Source: Dicyema japonicum
Taxonomy: Eukaryota > Animalia > Dicyemida
Assembly: GCA_011109175.1 (NCBI GenBank)
Contig: RDEW01000002.1
Span: forward strand, 1,182,676-1,246,675
Length of the DNA stretch: 64,000 nucleotides
Direction of reading: 5' to 3'
Below are positions 1 to 13,165 of the stretch, in pieces. Position numbers and translations under genes: made by a program. Position 1 is the first letter of the stretch; each line of letters begins with the position of its first letter. The notes beneath the pieces were generated by a model, which was not told the DNA's origin, made no database searches, and was given only the letters and a program-made list of their open reading frames with translations.

Positions 1-617
1 ATACCAATCATCCCTTTTGTAGTTCTTAAATGTTAGGCTTATCATGTGAGGACTTTTAAAATTCTGAGGTTGATGGTAAATTCTTAGAAAACAATCCATG
101 AAATTAATGCCGGGAGGGTTTAAAATCACTAGTTTATCGAAAGAATCAATAATTAGGTTTCCTTTCGTGCAAGAGTCTTCAGCCATTGTGGGTGTTCGGC
201 GTTCAATTTACCGGAGACAATTACAATTTCAAAGAGGTTGAGTGTGCTAAATCTGGAAGTGTCTCACTCGACCATGATCCAGGAAGAAGAATATACGGGT
301 TAACAATATTCAGAGGGAATGACCCATTTTTCATGGCTAGTCTGCTGTTCCGTTAGGATATTCACGCTTATTGTCAGGGGACCACTATCACGTCCAAGCC
401 GGTCTTTTCTCAGCATTGTGTATCCAGGAAGTCCGAGGGTGAAGATTACTGGTTAAGTATACTAGTCTTGGTTAATAGCGACGTCCATATGAATTTTCTT
501 ATTTATTTTATTGAACCAAAAAGATTAGTAAAATTTCCGTATGATGATTCCAACTATTATAATAATAAATATTAAATTAATAATAAATAATAAATAAGTA
601 AAACTAATTTGACGTGT

Positions 618-1473
618 ATGAACGAGTTGACCCATAGAGGAGTAATAAAAGATGGAGCAACAAAAGAAGAAGTAATAGTAGAGGATAGTGAAGATGTTCT
701 AACACTAATGGAAGAACTGGCAGTACTATCATTTAAATATGAGGGGGTATTATATTACATAACGTAAAGGATGCAGTATCAGTATGGAAGGATTCAATAT
801 CGTTGGGTCTACGTTGTGCTATAATGGTGGAACTGGGACTGAGAAAGAAGATAGTAATAAAGAATGCCACAAATTATAAAAATATTAGTTCATTGGACAT
901 ATCAGTGCTACCCTCTGCAGGAATATGTGGTGATGGAATCCTTGATGAAGCATTGGGGATGATAAAGACTAACAAACCAAAAAGTTTGATTACTTGGGTG
1001 GAACTGTTATCTGGTGGTGTTGTATAATCTATTTAAGGAGTAAACCTGGAATCCCCTAAATTTAGTATTCCAAATGAAGAATCTAAGACAACGAGTCTGT
1101 AAATCTCTGAGTGAGAAGGGAATATGTTCTGTTGAGTTGAGGGACTCCTTATTTTCCAGTTTTACCTTGCACTCCTTTAAGAATACTGCCTCAAAGAAGA
1201 GAATAATTAATAGAATACATAATTTATTATTTAATGAGTGGTCCCCTGATGTTTACAGAATGGACTTGAGGGTTTATCTCCCTTATTGTTTTGGCTGAAA
1301 TATCTGATGTTATCCAATCATTCTACTCCACTCTCTCTCCCTCACAATATTCCATCGCTTATGATAGAATTCAATTTCTCTCCTCTCTTGACTTTGATCA
1401 ACTATCACGATTACATCCTAATGATGCTGTTCTATGGAGTACTCTTGCTTGCAACAAAATTATTCTATTTTAA
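618..1473 (+). CDS. GOLPH3: Golgi phosphoprotein 3 (GPP34/Vps74 family)
   Basis: Spliced translation LTLMEELAVLSFKYEG|DAVSVWKDSISLGLRCAIMVEL...WVELLSG(E)TWNPL...MKNLRQRV matches GOLPH3 ([42 protein letters not shown]). GT-AG introns 747-769 (23 nt) and 1014-1037 (24 nt). Two apparent +1 indels (~1041, ~1281). Confidence 0.9.
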
Positions 1474-1687
1474 TTTACTTTTATTATATATTATTGGGTT
1501 TTGTCTTACATTTCCGTGATAAGTAGATTGATTAGCTTCTACTTATTTCAGTCTATTCAGATAATCTGACGTTAGCCAACTATAATTTGCCATGAAAGAT
1601 GAAAAAGTTAATCTTAGTCTTCCTATAATGTTTAGTGTTAGGTTTGGTAAGTAATCTAGTAATTAGTGAAAGTATCAATGTCTAAAG

Positions 1688-2670
1688 CAGAGGTTGTCAA
1701 ACGGTGTGCCGCGGCACACTAAGTGTTTTTCTAGTGTGCCGCCTGCCAAATACAAATTTGAATAAAGTGTGCCGCCTGCCAAATACAAATTTGAATAAAT
1801 TTATATACATTTTTGACCTAATTAATTTAAAAAGATAAACGAATTAAAATAATTACTAAAATTAAAATAATCATTTTTTTATTATACATTAAATGACATT
1901 TACATTGGTTAACCATTATTTATTAATTTTTTAATAACGTGCGCATCAACGTGCTTATGGGTAAATCAGTTCGTCGTTCTTATAAAGATTCTTATTTGTC
2001 ATTTGGATTTATATGCAAAGATAAAAATAAACTACCTCAATGTCTAATTTGCATGGATTTTTGGCAAGTGATGCTATGGTTCCTAGCAAACTAAAGAGAC
2101 ATTTTACTTCCAAGCATCCGGACTATTCCGAAAAATCTGTGGATTATTTTATCCATTTGAAAAAACAACTTAAGTATTATTTGGTTTTTACTATGAATCG
2201 TAGATCTAGTCAAATGATGTTCAGTGAAACTTTTTTAAACACAAAGGAATCATTGAAGTATTCATACCTGATCCCAGAAGTAATAGCAAAAACAACTAAA
2301 ACCTCACAATATTGGCGAAAACTTGATAATCCATGCTTGTCGTATTATTGCTCGGACTATGTTTTGGTCATAAATATGAACAAAAAATAATAAAGATACC
2401 TTTGTCAGATAACACTGTTTCTTGTCGGATTTGTGCTGAAATGCGAGTGCCTTTGTTAACCATTCGACCTGATATTGATGATATATGCAAAAACAATAAT
2501 AATTAAGATTCATTTTTTTTATTAATAAAAATTTTGGCATTCAATTACCAATTTTTGTACTTAGTTTTACACTTCTTAAAAAATTAATTTTTTTATTTTT
2601 TAATGTGTGCCGTGGATTATTTTTTTTTACGATTAGTGTGCCGCGAGAATTATTTTTTTGAAAAGCTCTG
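1688..2670 (+). mobile_element. Internally deleted hAT (Buster/Charlie-like) DNA transposon
   Basis: TIRs CAGAGGTTGTCAAA / TTTGAAAAGCTCTG; perfect 8-bp TSD GTCTAAAG (1680-1687, 2671-2678) with central TA; BED-finger transposase remnant YLSFGF...PQCLIC...MVPSKLKRHFTSKHP; GTGTGCCG subterminal motifs. Confidence 0.93.
1733..1798. repeat. 33-bp direct tandem duplication inside hAT left end
   Basis: AGTGTGCCGCCTGCCAAATACAAATTTGAATAA twice, identical. Confidence 0.95.
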
Positions 2671-4230
2671 GTCTAAAGGTATGTGTTATATGTTTCCATA
2701 TATAAATGTAACACACCAATTTTAAACTTTATTATGACTTATAGTTTACAAATATCCAAATTTATTGTTATAGTATTACTGTTAGTGATGCACTTGCGAT
2801 AGGCTTTAATCATGGATATCTGAGAAACTAACATAACGACTTCCTTTGTTCCTTATAGCAAATCCCAAACCATAATGGTTCAAATCTCCATGACTTTCTT
2901 AAAGCCTTGGCCTCAATAATTTATGGGATGGGCTATTAAGTAGGACGGGGCATATGTCAGTAACTTTCATAGATTGGTCAATTTTGTAGTGATAGACAGA
3001 CAGTGAATAAGTTCAGGACTTTCGAAACGTGATTTGTTGTCAACTCAGAAAGGTTGTAGAAAAACAGAAGACTTTTGTTTAGGAATTACAAAGGAATTGT
3101 AGAGCTCTCATTTCCTTCAATGGGATGTATTCTTATTTCCAAGCGGTTGTTTGAGACATCCAGTTATCCTCATTGTCTACTGGCAGCTGGTGGTTGGTTT
3201 GTTTCTATTGTTTAATAAATATTTGGCTTAAATTAATATTTAATTTATTTATTCAATATTTTCCACAACCAAGTCGATTAATTTTTCTGTTCAAGGCTTC
3301 AATATTTTCATGCCGAACAGTTAAGTGATCCAAGTTCTCGTAATCAACTGCGATATCCAACGTCTGTGATCACATAGCTACAGAACAAGAGCGCATTCTC
3401 TCATACCTGTAGAGGAATCCGATTAGAGATGGGTTATATGAAGGTATTTGAGAAGCCAGCTGCGGTCGTGGTTGGTTTGGACAGGTAATGTAAATGACGG
3501 GAAGGGGAGGATGCTTCATTCAGGAACTATAGACAGCGCATTTTAAATTATGACTGACCAGAGTATGCAAAGCATACCAATAATAGTCCTTAGAACGATA
3601 TTTTGTGTCCATTTAAGTTCTTAGAATGATTTGAGGGAGGGAAACCATACGAAGAATAATGATCCAATGTTATACGCATATACTGTTTCATGTCAAGGTT
3701 AGTGGTTCCTCGGATTGAGAAAAAGAAGACATTAAGTCTATATAGAAGAGTTTAGGTTTTCGTCTCGGTTTAGTTACAACTTATATATGAGAAAGGGAGA
3801 TATTAGTTAAATGCACAAATATTAGTATTTAAAAGAAAAGTTTCATTGACGACAGATTGGAAGTTAAACTATCGACTGTGCGAAATAATAAATTGTGACA
3901 ATATACTGTGAATATGATGGGGAAGATGATTAGATGTGAATCAGTAGGTTACCCAACTATAAGTTGCTTCGGGAATAAAAAATATCAACGTCGCCAACAA
4001 GTCAATAGTATGAGATTTTAATATTCATGATCTTGTCATCGCTCGCACAACACCACGGACAATTTTTTAAATGAGATGGTTCCATGCTCCGATCGTGGAT
4101 GCGATTATGGGAGTGATCTTCTTGATGATCTGACATTTTTAATTTTCAAAATATTAAATGTAGTATAAATTAATATATATTTATTTAATAATAATTTAAA
4201 TAAAGCACGTTTGTTTAGTGGATAGTGGTG

Positions 4231-4971
4231 ATGAAAGTACACTATAATAATAAAAATAGTTAAATATTGCTTACCCAGAGACAGGATGCCAAAAGACATA
4301 CGAAATAGAAGAGCCCAGCATGTTGGCAAAGTTATATGATAAGAAAATAGGATCTCAATTTGATATTGGTTTTTTAGGTGAAGCATTCCAAGTATGTGAG
4401 TAATAATGATCTTTAGGGATATGTAGTGAGAGTAACAGGAGGATTCGACAATGCGGGTTGTCCAATGATGAATGGAGTAATACTAAATGGAAGGACCCGA
4501 CTACTCCTATCAGGGAAACAAAAGTGTTACCACCCAATAAGGGATGGTGCAAGAAAACGAAAAGTAGTCCACGGATGCATAATTGGACGACTTATAAAGG
4601 CAGTGAACTGCATTCTCATAAAGAAGGGACGAATGAACTGGCAGGACTGACTGATACTTCAGTTCCCCGTCATTTGGGACCTAAACGTGCTGATAAGATA
4701 AGGAAGTTGTTTCAGTTGGATAAGGATGATGATTGTGACTAATTATGTTGTGAGAAGACCATACACTAATCAGAAGGGACAGACCAGATCTAAGGCACCT
4801 AAGATTCAGCGTTTGGTCACTCCTGTTGTTAAAAGAAGGAGAAAGTTACTCCGACAGAAGAAGGTTGACAGAAAGGTTAGAAGAACAGAGGAAATGAATA
4901 AATATCAACAAGTGTTGGCTGCACATTTGGAAAATCAGAAAAAGAAGACTCATAGTGGGAGTAGAGTATAA
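4231..4971 (+). CDS. RPS6: 40S ribosomal protein S6 (eS6)
   Basis: MK|[12 protein letters not shown]...FQ|[17 protein letters not shown]...[10 protein letters not shown]...[23 protein letters not shown]...[11 protein letters not shown]. Introns 4237-4259 (23 nt) and 4392-4416 (25 nt). Two 1-nt frameshifts (~4628, ~4734). Confidence 0.95.
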
Positions 4972-5974
4972 TTGATTATTCATTCTCTATGGTTATGTTC
5001 ATTACTTTTATTATTAGTAAATAAATATCACATTTATTTCATGAAATTATTTAGGAAGTTAGGGGAGATGGTTAGTCACCATATATATGGACTTTTCTAC
5101 TATCCATCTACACTTTTTTATTAAAATCCGTATACAGTAAAACCTATCGAATCCCCTATAAAATCTTTGGGAAATTCTCTTTAAAAATAATTATTATTTT
5201 TTAAAAAAACAAGACGAAATGCTATTCGTCCTCAGAATTGGAAGGGAAATATTTTGAATCGCCGTCATCGCTTGCGAAGGTCCCCTGATCGAAATGAGAT
5301 TAGATTTCCGAGTTTTTTGAATAATTCGTAGGACGAGACTCCGAGGCTCCAAAAGTTTCCATAGCCCGAGTAACCTAAATTTATGCTTTTTAATTAACAT
5401 TTAAAGTTATTTTTATCAAAATAGGTTTCTGAGTATAATTATTGAACGTGGGCTGAGTTTTCTCTCTTAGATCCACGGAACTTGATCGCAAGAATGAGAA
5501 GTAAAATGATGGATGATTATTTTCACATGGAAGATCTATCATTTGGGATATCAACTCGTTCGGCTCTTCATGCTTAGTATTTTCTGGCCATACTGACTAC
5601 TCGAATGTTGACTCCAACAGAGGAAAATTAAGAAATTGAGCTGTCAGATATCGCTTCCCATTCGTTCCAATCGCATTCCAAACGTCTAAAACGTTTGAAG
5701 AATTATTTGAAAGAAATCATCAATGAAATTGGAAATGCAATTGCAGCTCAACTCACAGACCTTCATGAACGGAGATAGTTCTCTCAGCACTCTATTAAGA
5801 GATTTTGTGGTCCAATTAACTTTATTGCTGCCTCCTGGATTACGGATAGTTTCATGGATGAGGAATTACATACGTCATCGTGGGTAAGGATAAATTGTTC
5901 ATAAACTGTGGCAAGGCTCCCAGTATTCCTTAAGTGTTTTTGAGAGTACTTTTAGGATTCTCATTTTCTTCAAC

Positions 5975-7230
5975 TGCATTTCTAACAAGAACCTGAATCA
6001 GATTTCTCCCAGACTGAACATATCCATTCACACGTACGAGACCACTTTTAGATCTCCAAATTTTCCTCTTTGAATTAGTAAACTCATCCTTTCCCTTCCA
6101 TTCAAGCTTACTCAGGAATTCCGTAGTGGCAGCATACGGAACAATAATGTCAAATTGTCCACTATAAAACATACATTTAATCTAAATATTCATATTTATT
6201 ACATTATTATTCAATATATATTCTACAACACGTGACACTGACTGGGCAATATCATCCACAAGAGCCTTCTCCACGTCATTACCATCCCCAAAGGGTGTAT
6301 CACCAACGTGTATATTCCTAGAATTCTGTTTGAGGAACTCAGCAAAATATGACGGGGATTCCTAGATTAAGAGATCCTCCATACTTTATCAGCATATAAA
6401 TTGAAATAGTTCTTCAGTCCTGTCGAATTTTCAAATAGGGAGAGATAGGGGGTCATGTCCCCATCAATCATCAAGTCAAAGATCTAATGAGATAACAAGG
6501 AAGGCTTCATAATATTTATCCTCGTTAATATATTGGACTGCCAAATCCTTTAAACTGTCAAATTTACGTTTATCCTTGTAAGAAATAAGTCCCCAAGAGT
6601 ACAAGACTCCTCCATAATCCAACATCTAAAGACTTTGACAATCACTGACATTGACTGGATCACTGAAACCATCCCCAATTGCCATTCCTGCAATATTTAT
6701 GGAATTTTCCATGATTTTATTCAACTGAATAATGGAATATACCATGGAAGGGACATATTTACCGGCATATGACTCGCCAGTAACATAAAGTTCATTATCC
6801 GCAGTTCAGGGAACAGGAGAAGAAATTGACGCATAAATCAAAATAATATAAAATTCTACTCAGCCAAATACAATCCGACTTGTCCTTCATTCGTTAAATA
6901 ACATTTTTGTCTGAAAAACTGAATCCTGTGCCGACCTACAAATATGAAATGAATTTGACTGGATTATCAATGTAAATAACATTATATTTGTTAGTCCACG
7001 CTATTTCCGTTTATTTACTTCATATATATTATTTGTACCTTGGTTGCTTGAGTCTACAAAATAAGGTTCATGTTCTTCAAATAATCCCTAGAGAGACGAG
7101 GCCCCAGGACCTCCCTGAAGCCAAACCAGAAGAGGTGCCAACTCATTTTTATTCTTAAATATAATCGATTCCGTACCTCAGCTTTGAAAAACCAGAAAAA
7201 CAGAAAAAAGTTAAGGTTATACAAAAATCC
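5975..7230 (-). pseudogene. CPVL: Serine carboxypeptidase S10 (CPVL/vitellogenic carboxypeptidase-like), truncated
   Basis: LFFWFF, PLLVWLQGGPGASSL*GLF, YIDNP, GESYAGKYVP, GMAIGDGFSDP, YSGQFDIIV, VLVRNA, with micro-introns. In-frame stop at ~7089; the catalytic-His segment after VRNA and the N-terminus are replaced by unrelated sequence. Confidence 0.8.
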
Positions 7231-7244
7231 GTAGTTATTGTATT

Positions 7245-7440
7245 TATTTTCCCGGTCATTTCAAGTGAAGGAAAACGGTTACTAACAAAAATCTAACTAC
7301 AATGACGAACATTCCCAGAGATCCAAAAGGTTTATCCCATTCGGGAGGAGAAACAGAAGGTGGGCCAGAATCAAGAAAAGGTTATATGTTCCGTGGTCAT
7401 CAAGTGTACATGAAGGAAAAAGTTACGACTTTGCCTTCCT
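7245..7440 (-). mobile_element. 3' fragment of APE-type LINE
   Basis: Shares the 3' end motif TTAG..ACCG...TTCACTTGA with copies at 8005-8346, 16440-16640 and 25810-26010. Confidence 0.55.
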
Positions 7441-7667
7441 GGTCTTGTATATGTAGGCATTGAGACCCACGTGGTGACAAAGGTTTACCTGAATTTCACG
7501 AGGAAAAGAGGATCCACTAACATCAATTCGCATAAAGATCATTTTAATATAATGATCACACATATATAAAGCTATTTTTGGAATTCTCTCCTACATGCAG
7601 ACTGATGGATACACAAACTTATTTATTACATAGATTTGTGAATTAATATTTGTGAAATAAGAATAAA

Positions 7668-8965
7668 TGACCAGTTATACAAGCAGTTTATTGATCAGAG
7701 GGATAGAGGTGGTGATATACCTCTATTACACTAAATTTCTACTTAGTTTCATTATGGATGAAAGACTTCCCGTGAACATGGTCTTCCTTCCTGTGGACAT
7801 GGAAAAGATGATAGAGCTAGTTTTGAATTAAGGAAGTGTGCACCCACGAAGTATTCGATTTCAAATACCGTCGAGTAAATTATTGAGCTTTGAAGATCAT
7901 TTGTCAAGCTGTTATGATAGTAATATGATTACATGCATCGCTTTTGTACAATAAATCAGTAAAGTTAGAGACAACAATCCAATGTTAATTTTAAAGGGAA
8001 ATTCTTATCCCTCGGTCCTTTCGAGTGAAGGAAACCGGTGGTTAACAGGAATACCATAGCCAAAAGTGAACTCTTCCAGGAATCCAACAAGTGTATTAGG
8101 TTCTGGGCAAAACTCGGAGGCGGACCTGGACAAGAGAAGAGGCCTTCTGGTCGTCAAGAAGGCAAGATGGGCAAAGTGGAGAGGAGGGTTGTCCGATTCT
8201 GTACAGATATGAACGTAAATCATGAGGGTGACCACAACATATGCGCACCAAGTGGACACGAACTTCCCACAGTAGGGAAGTTTCGCTTCCATCAACAATT
8301 GATATAAGACGTCCCAAAAGCTTGTTGGGCTTCTGATGGCTGATATCAATTCATGGATTGTTTTCTGGTGTGAGTGAAATGTGATGTATTTAAGAGGAAG
8401 GATTTGCTTATAGAAATGAATGGATTTGGAAATAAGATTATCGTTAAATGAGGAAATTATGACATTTAAAAGTAAACTTGTAGTAATGTGAGAGAAATGA
8501 TAAAAATTATGTCATATATAATAAACGGAGTACTATTAACAAATTTTATAAGTAAATTTATATTTAACACAAACAGTGGTAATATTGTGGCACTACATAC
8601 CAGACATCAACTCTAATATTGAGAAGATGACCCAACGAACAAACAATTTCCATTCTATTCCCTGCGCCACATTGGAGGTCAACCACCAACAAGTCCCCAA
8701 AATGCTTCTGAAATATGAACAGTCCACTCCAAGTGGATGGATAATATACAACAAACTAACAAACAGATCTCACCAATCTACCCCACATAAATTTTACATT
8801 GGTTGGAAAAGTTTAGCATTGTGCATTGAAGGGAAGGGACTTTACATAACCAAGAAGTTGGAACACATATCCAATGAAGGGATTTTATATAATTGTGTAG
8901 ATGGGGAACATTATAATCAATTAAATAAGGTTATAATAAAATGTACTGAGTATTTTTTATATTAA
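7668..8965 (+). CDS. Possible uncharacterised micro-intron gene, interrupted by a LINE fragment
   Basis: Several GT..AG 21-25 nt AT-rich segments (e.g. 8552-8576) precede a 129-codon open stretch. No homologue recognised and the frames could not be fully reconciled. Confidence 0.35.
8005..8346 (-). mobile_element. 3' fragment of APE-type LINE (C-terminal Cys/His region)
   Basis: GHPHDLRSYLYRIGQPSSPLCPSC motif typical of LINE ORF2 C-termini; flanked by AATTC on both sides (possible TSD). Confidence 0.7.
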
Positions 8966-9729
8966 TAAAATATTTCATTTTAATATTATTCGATTTCCTA
9001 TAATATTCAATGACTTTATTCTTTCTCTGATGTTGGGGGTAATAATAATACAGAATGACTTTGGAGGATTTTTGGCAGGTTTTATTTTTTTTTTATTTTT
9101 TGACGATTAAGTTTTATTGTATAATAATTTTTATAGACAAATTATTGCGTAACAAGACAATCGAAATAATCCAACTGATAGGATGGAATGGCTGTTTCCC
9201 CTGACAACTGCTAGAGAAATCCTTTGGAACAGCCATTCGGTTTTCCGACGCTTATTACTAACTTTCGAAATCATTGACCCTAGCTATCTTAGAGAACATT
9301 TCAAAGTACAAAAGAACTGATGGACGGATTCTTTGATGGAATGTCATCTGTAACAGATTTTCACAAAAATGGTTTCAAAAGTCAGAGTCGAAACTTTGTG
9401 CTAATAAAGTTTTTTCCATTACAAAAATAGAAAAACTACATTCCTATAGAGTTACCCAAAAATGTTCTTGTGCACAATTGGATGTGGAGAGGAGCTCTGA
9501 ACCTTTAGCTGTCTTCTCAATAAAGATACAAATCCCCTATAACTTTAACTATTTCAACATTAGAATTACTGCAATTAAAAGTTTTGACAGTGACCACTAA
9601 TCTAATGCACATAAGGAATTAAAGACATAAAAATTAAAAATGTTTTATATAATTATTTGCTGTGATAATATAAAGTCCCTTAGTTTCCAAATGAATGTAT
9701 TACATGGACTGGAATTAAATTACACTAAA

Positions 9730-10975
9730 TGTGAAAAACAATTGTGGACTTTCAGAAGATAAGTATTCAAAAACTGTATCATCTTTCGAAAATTTACTAC
9801 CTGGAAAAAACGACTGTTACTCGGGGAGAATCTGGACCGCTTATATCTACTTGACGTGCATACATCATTATTCCTCATAAAGAACAACCTCAAAGTACAG
9901 AGGCTTGCATATGTCCTGAGGGCTGCTCCCCATTTCACACAGTTTGTCCAATCGCAGAGATTGACGGGATCTTCTGTTGGACAGCGAAGCATATCTTCAA
10001 CGTCCGGTTCGAGGATTACTCATGGAAGCAAGCCAAGCTGCCGGTAAGGATCGGAGGGCTTGGAATTCGCAATCCTATAGATATTACTTTCTCTGCATAT
10101 CTCTCGTCGCTAATGGCCTGACACCCTTGTCAAAAGAATTCTACACTCCCTCCCTGAATTCTCTACTGACCAGGAAGCAGGTAATACTCCTGAGGCCTGA
10201 GCCGTACCTATCAGTTTTCATATGTTCTCTCAGCGGGGTTGGACAATGTTATATGCCGGAAGTCTTTTGAAGATCTGATAGTGTCATCTAACCAAAATCG
10301 CCGTTTGTTGTCGGGGGTGTCTTCTGAGAGTGGTGCCTGGCTTAACACCATTCCTAATGGAGTTTTGGGTACTTTTCTGGATGATGAATGCGTCCGTATT
10401 GGGATTTCATTACGACGGAGATTAAAGGTTATGTGTTCGTGCTGATGCGGAGACAATCGACTGTTCCCTCTCTCCTGCAGGAAGAGAGTAGAAAGATCTC
10501 CCAGACATAAGGTCTTGAACGAAGTCAATAGGCGAGCTTTGGACGACGCTGGACATCCCTTAATGCTCAAACCAGTCGGTCTTTTCAGGTCTGATGGGAA
10601 ACGACCAGATGGGATGACAATCTTCCTTTTTGAAGTCCGGAAACCTCTTGTCTGGGACGTCACCTACACCGACACGTTGCAATCTACTCCAGAGTGCCTC
10701 TGGAGCCTGTTATGCCGCTGAGAAGGTCGAGAGGTTGAACCTGACAAAGTACGCTGTCCTATTCAATAATTTTTTGTTTGTTTCACTCGCTGTTCCCTTA
10801 CGCCTACGACGCTGGAATTTTTGAGTCGTCTAGGGAATCGGATTTCTACACGATCAGGATATCCTCATGAGCGCTGCTGGCTATTTGACCGAATCTCGCT
10901 CCATCCTGAGAGAAAATAGCCACGCAGCCAGGGCGGCTACTATATAACCATTTGCTAACTTTTTTCCGTAATAAA
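9730..10975 (+). mobile_element. CRE-like RLE non-LTR retrotransposon, degraded 3' half
   Basis: SGAWLNTIP...LDDECVRIGISLR, C..C..H..C region, RH..LNE, KPVGLFRSDGKRPDGMTIF...LVWDVT restriction-like endonuclease; AATAAA after the end. Confidence 0.85.
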
Positions 10976-11029
10976 TTGTTAATTTTTTGAAAAAAATTTA
11001 TTAAATTAAGAAACAATCAATCTGAGGTT

Positions 11030-11150
11030 TATCACTACCCGCCCTGACTTGGTGGTTATTAAGATGGCGATATTCGTTCAAATAAGAGCAGTGCTCACTG
11101 AGATCTCCAGTGCGTGTAGAAATCCGATTCCCTAGACGACCCTGGTATAA
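11030..11150 (-). mobile_element. CRE-like 3' end fragment
   Basis: GRLGNRISTRTGD..EH closely matches 10826-10880 in inverted orientation. Confidence 0.7.
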
Positions 11151-11340
11151 CAAATTATTAAATACAAAAATTAACCTGTCAAAGTGCAGAATAAAAGAAA
11201 TACGTAATAGAAGCTCCAATTGCGTAATATTTGGTAAACCCGTATTACACATCAATAAATTAACAAAAAGACATTATAGGACTGTCACTATGACAACAAC
11301 AAAGAGGTTTATATACCACAATTATTATAAATCCACAATA

Positions 11341-12063
11341 ATGTCCCTTCAAAGATACATTTCGACATATTCTGACCACTATCAAAGATCAGTCCCTCGA
11401 ATGCGCTCCAGTAAGAGACCACTGGGGGACAGAATGTTTTTGGTGGGTAATATAAGTCAACCTCTTTACTCTACAACAAATCATGAACACTTCCCGACCA
11501 TACCAGGGTACCACCGTAGAAATATAAAAAAGCATGTAATTTTATACTCCCATTAAGAATGATGAGTACATTGCAGAAGAAGGGAATGTAAATTACGTGA
11601 CCACAAACAACCGAGCATATAATAAACCAAAAATAATAAAAAGTAAGCGAAACAACTGTCCGAACGTTGAACTAAAAAGACAGAAAACATACTATGAGAC
11701 TAATTATAAAAGTGATTATGCCTGGAAGTGCCCAAGCAATAAGATAGCTTATACTGAATTTCCATCTCTCCTCGGTATTTTGTCTACACAATTTGAGGAT
11801 CAACATATTTCCAAAATTCATTACGCGAGTTTACTACTACAACAAAGTCACACTTCACAGGAGAGTGGTCTCCAAAGATGGCAGAACCAGTAAAGCACAA
11901 AGACCAAATCTATATATCGGGTGCACTCTATAATGATTATTTAGGCGAACAAGAACTTAGTACTTCTCATAAAGAAGATTTTGGGTTAAAAAAATATTGC
12001 GAACCCGCCAGAAGAAGAAGACAACAAAAAGTTCAGTTTTGTAATCTTTTGGAACATTTATGA
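11341..12063 (+). CDS. SAXO/FAM154-like microtubule-stabilising repeat protein (putative)
   Basis: Introns 11536-11557 (22 nt) and 11775-11797 (23 nt) join three ORFs into one frame. The product has six repeats spaced ~32-42 aa: YISTYSDHY, YSTTNHEHF, YVTTNNRAY, YETNYKSDY, FTTTTKSHF, LSTSHKEDF. Confidence 0.65.
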
Positions 12064-12854
12064 TCGATTTATTAACATTTTTACTAAAATAACAATGTTT
12101 GATTATGTTCTTACATCAACTTTGACATAAAATCATTATCCTTTCATTATTATGTTCACGGACAAAGGAAATTAGTAACAAGTATTCGGGATAATAGTTA
12201 ATTTTTATGCTTTCTTATAATCATAAGAAGTGTCATCAAATCCACATGTCTTTGGAGACGCCAAATGTCCTCTCATCCCCACTACAGTGAAAGAGTTCAT
12301 AACGGATACCCACTCTGACCGGGGGAACTGGATGAAACTATTTCGAGTATATACAGAATTATTTAAAATAAATGATTTTTATTTATTATTATTCTATTGG
12401 TCGAAATTAAATGGACTCATAAAATGAACTTTATAAAAAAGGTGCCCCAAGCAGGTTGTACTGTATTTGGTTTCGTCCAAAATAACATCTAAATTCATGT
12501 ACCCAGTAATTGAGTTAGTATTCAAATATAAGGCAACTATCGCAAAATTGCCTGCGTCAAAAATTACTACTCCTTTTATAGGGGCTTCCCTCCTTAATTA
12601 AAATTGTTATATTTATTTCCAATAAAATTTATTTGAATTGGTGTGGTTATTGCAAGAACATCCCGTTATATGCGGAAAGGGAAGAGATGATTGTTTGTGA
12701 TGTGGAGAAAAAGGATATGTTGAAAATCAGCTCCTCTACGAAGAAGGCCTGATTTCAGTGATTCGAATGAATAATTGTTGTACTTCGATTATGATTTATT
12801 ATTATAAATTGTTGTATGTTTAAGCTTTAACAAAGATTTATAATAAAACATAAT

Positions 12855-13165
12855 ATTGGACTTGCTCAAGCCAACCGGAACCACTCTCTTCCCATGGGGA
12901 AGTGGTAAATACCTTGCCTGAGATGTCACCTGTGTTGATAGCCTCTTTCTGTCCAACCTTACAACGACAGCAACTAACCCAGGCTCTGCTTCGGAGAAGG
13001 CTGAGACCTTAAAGATAAAAAATACGCATGTCTCGATGGACAATTCATTTTCGAACCAGTGGCAGTTGAAACGACAGGAATCATTGGAAGCAGGTCACTG
13101 ACCCTGCTAAACAGATCGGCTCGCTCATCGCGAAGAGGAAGAATGATCGGAGAGAAAGCTGACTA
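12855..13165 (+). mobile_element. CRE-like 3' fragment
   Basis: Close nucleotide match to 30705-31030 (FPWG.GK..WDVTC, FEPVAVETTG). Confidence 0.8.

Noticed and set aside
1014-1043. Stop-codon reassignment or a GT-GT intron in GOLPH3
   Set aside because: One extra T explains it with a canonical 24-nt intron; PRPF8 shows no in-frame stops and genes end in TAA/TGA.
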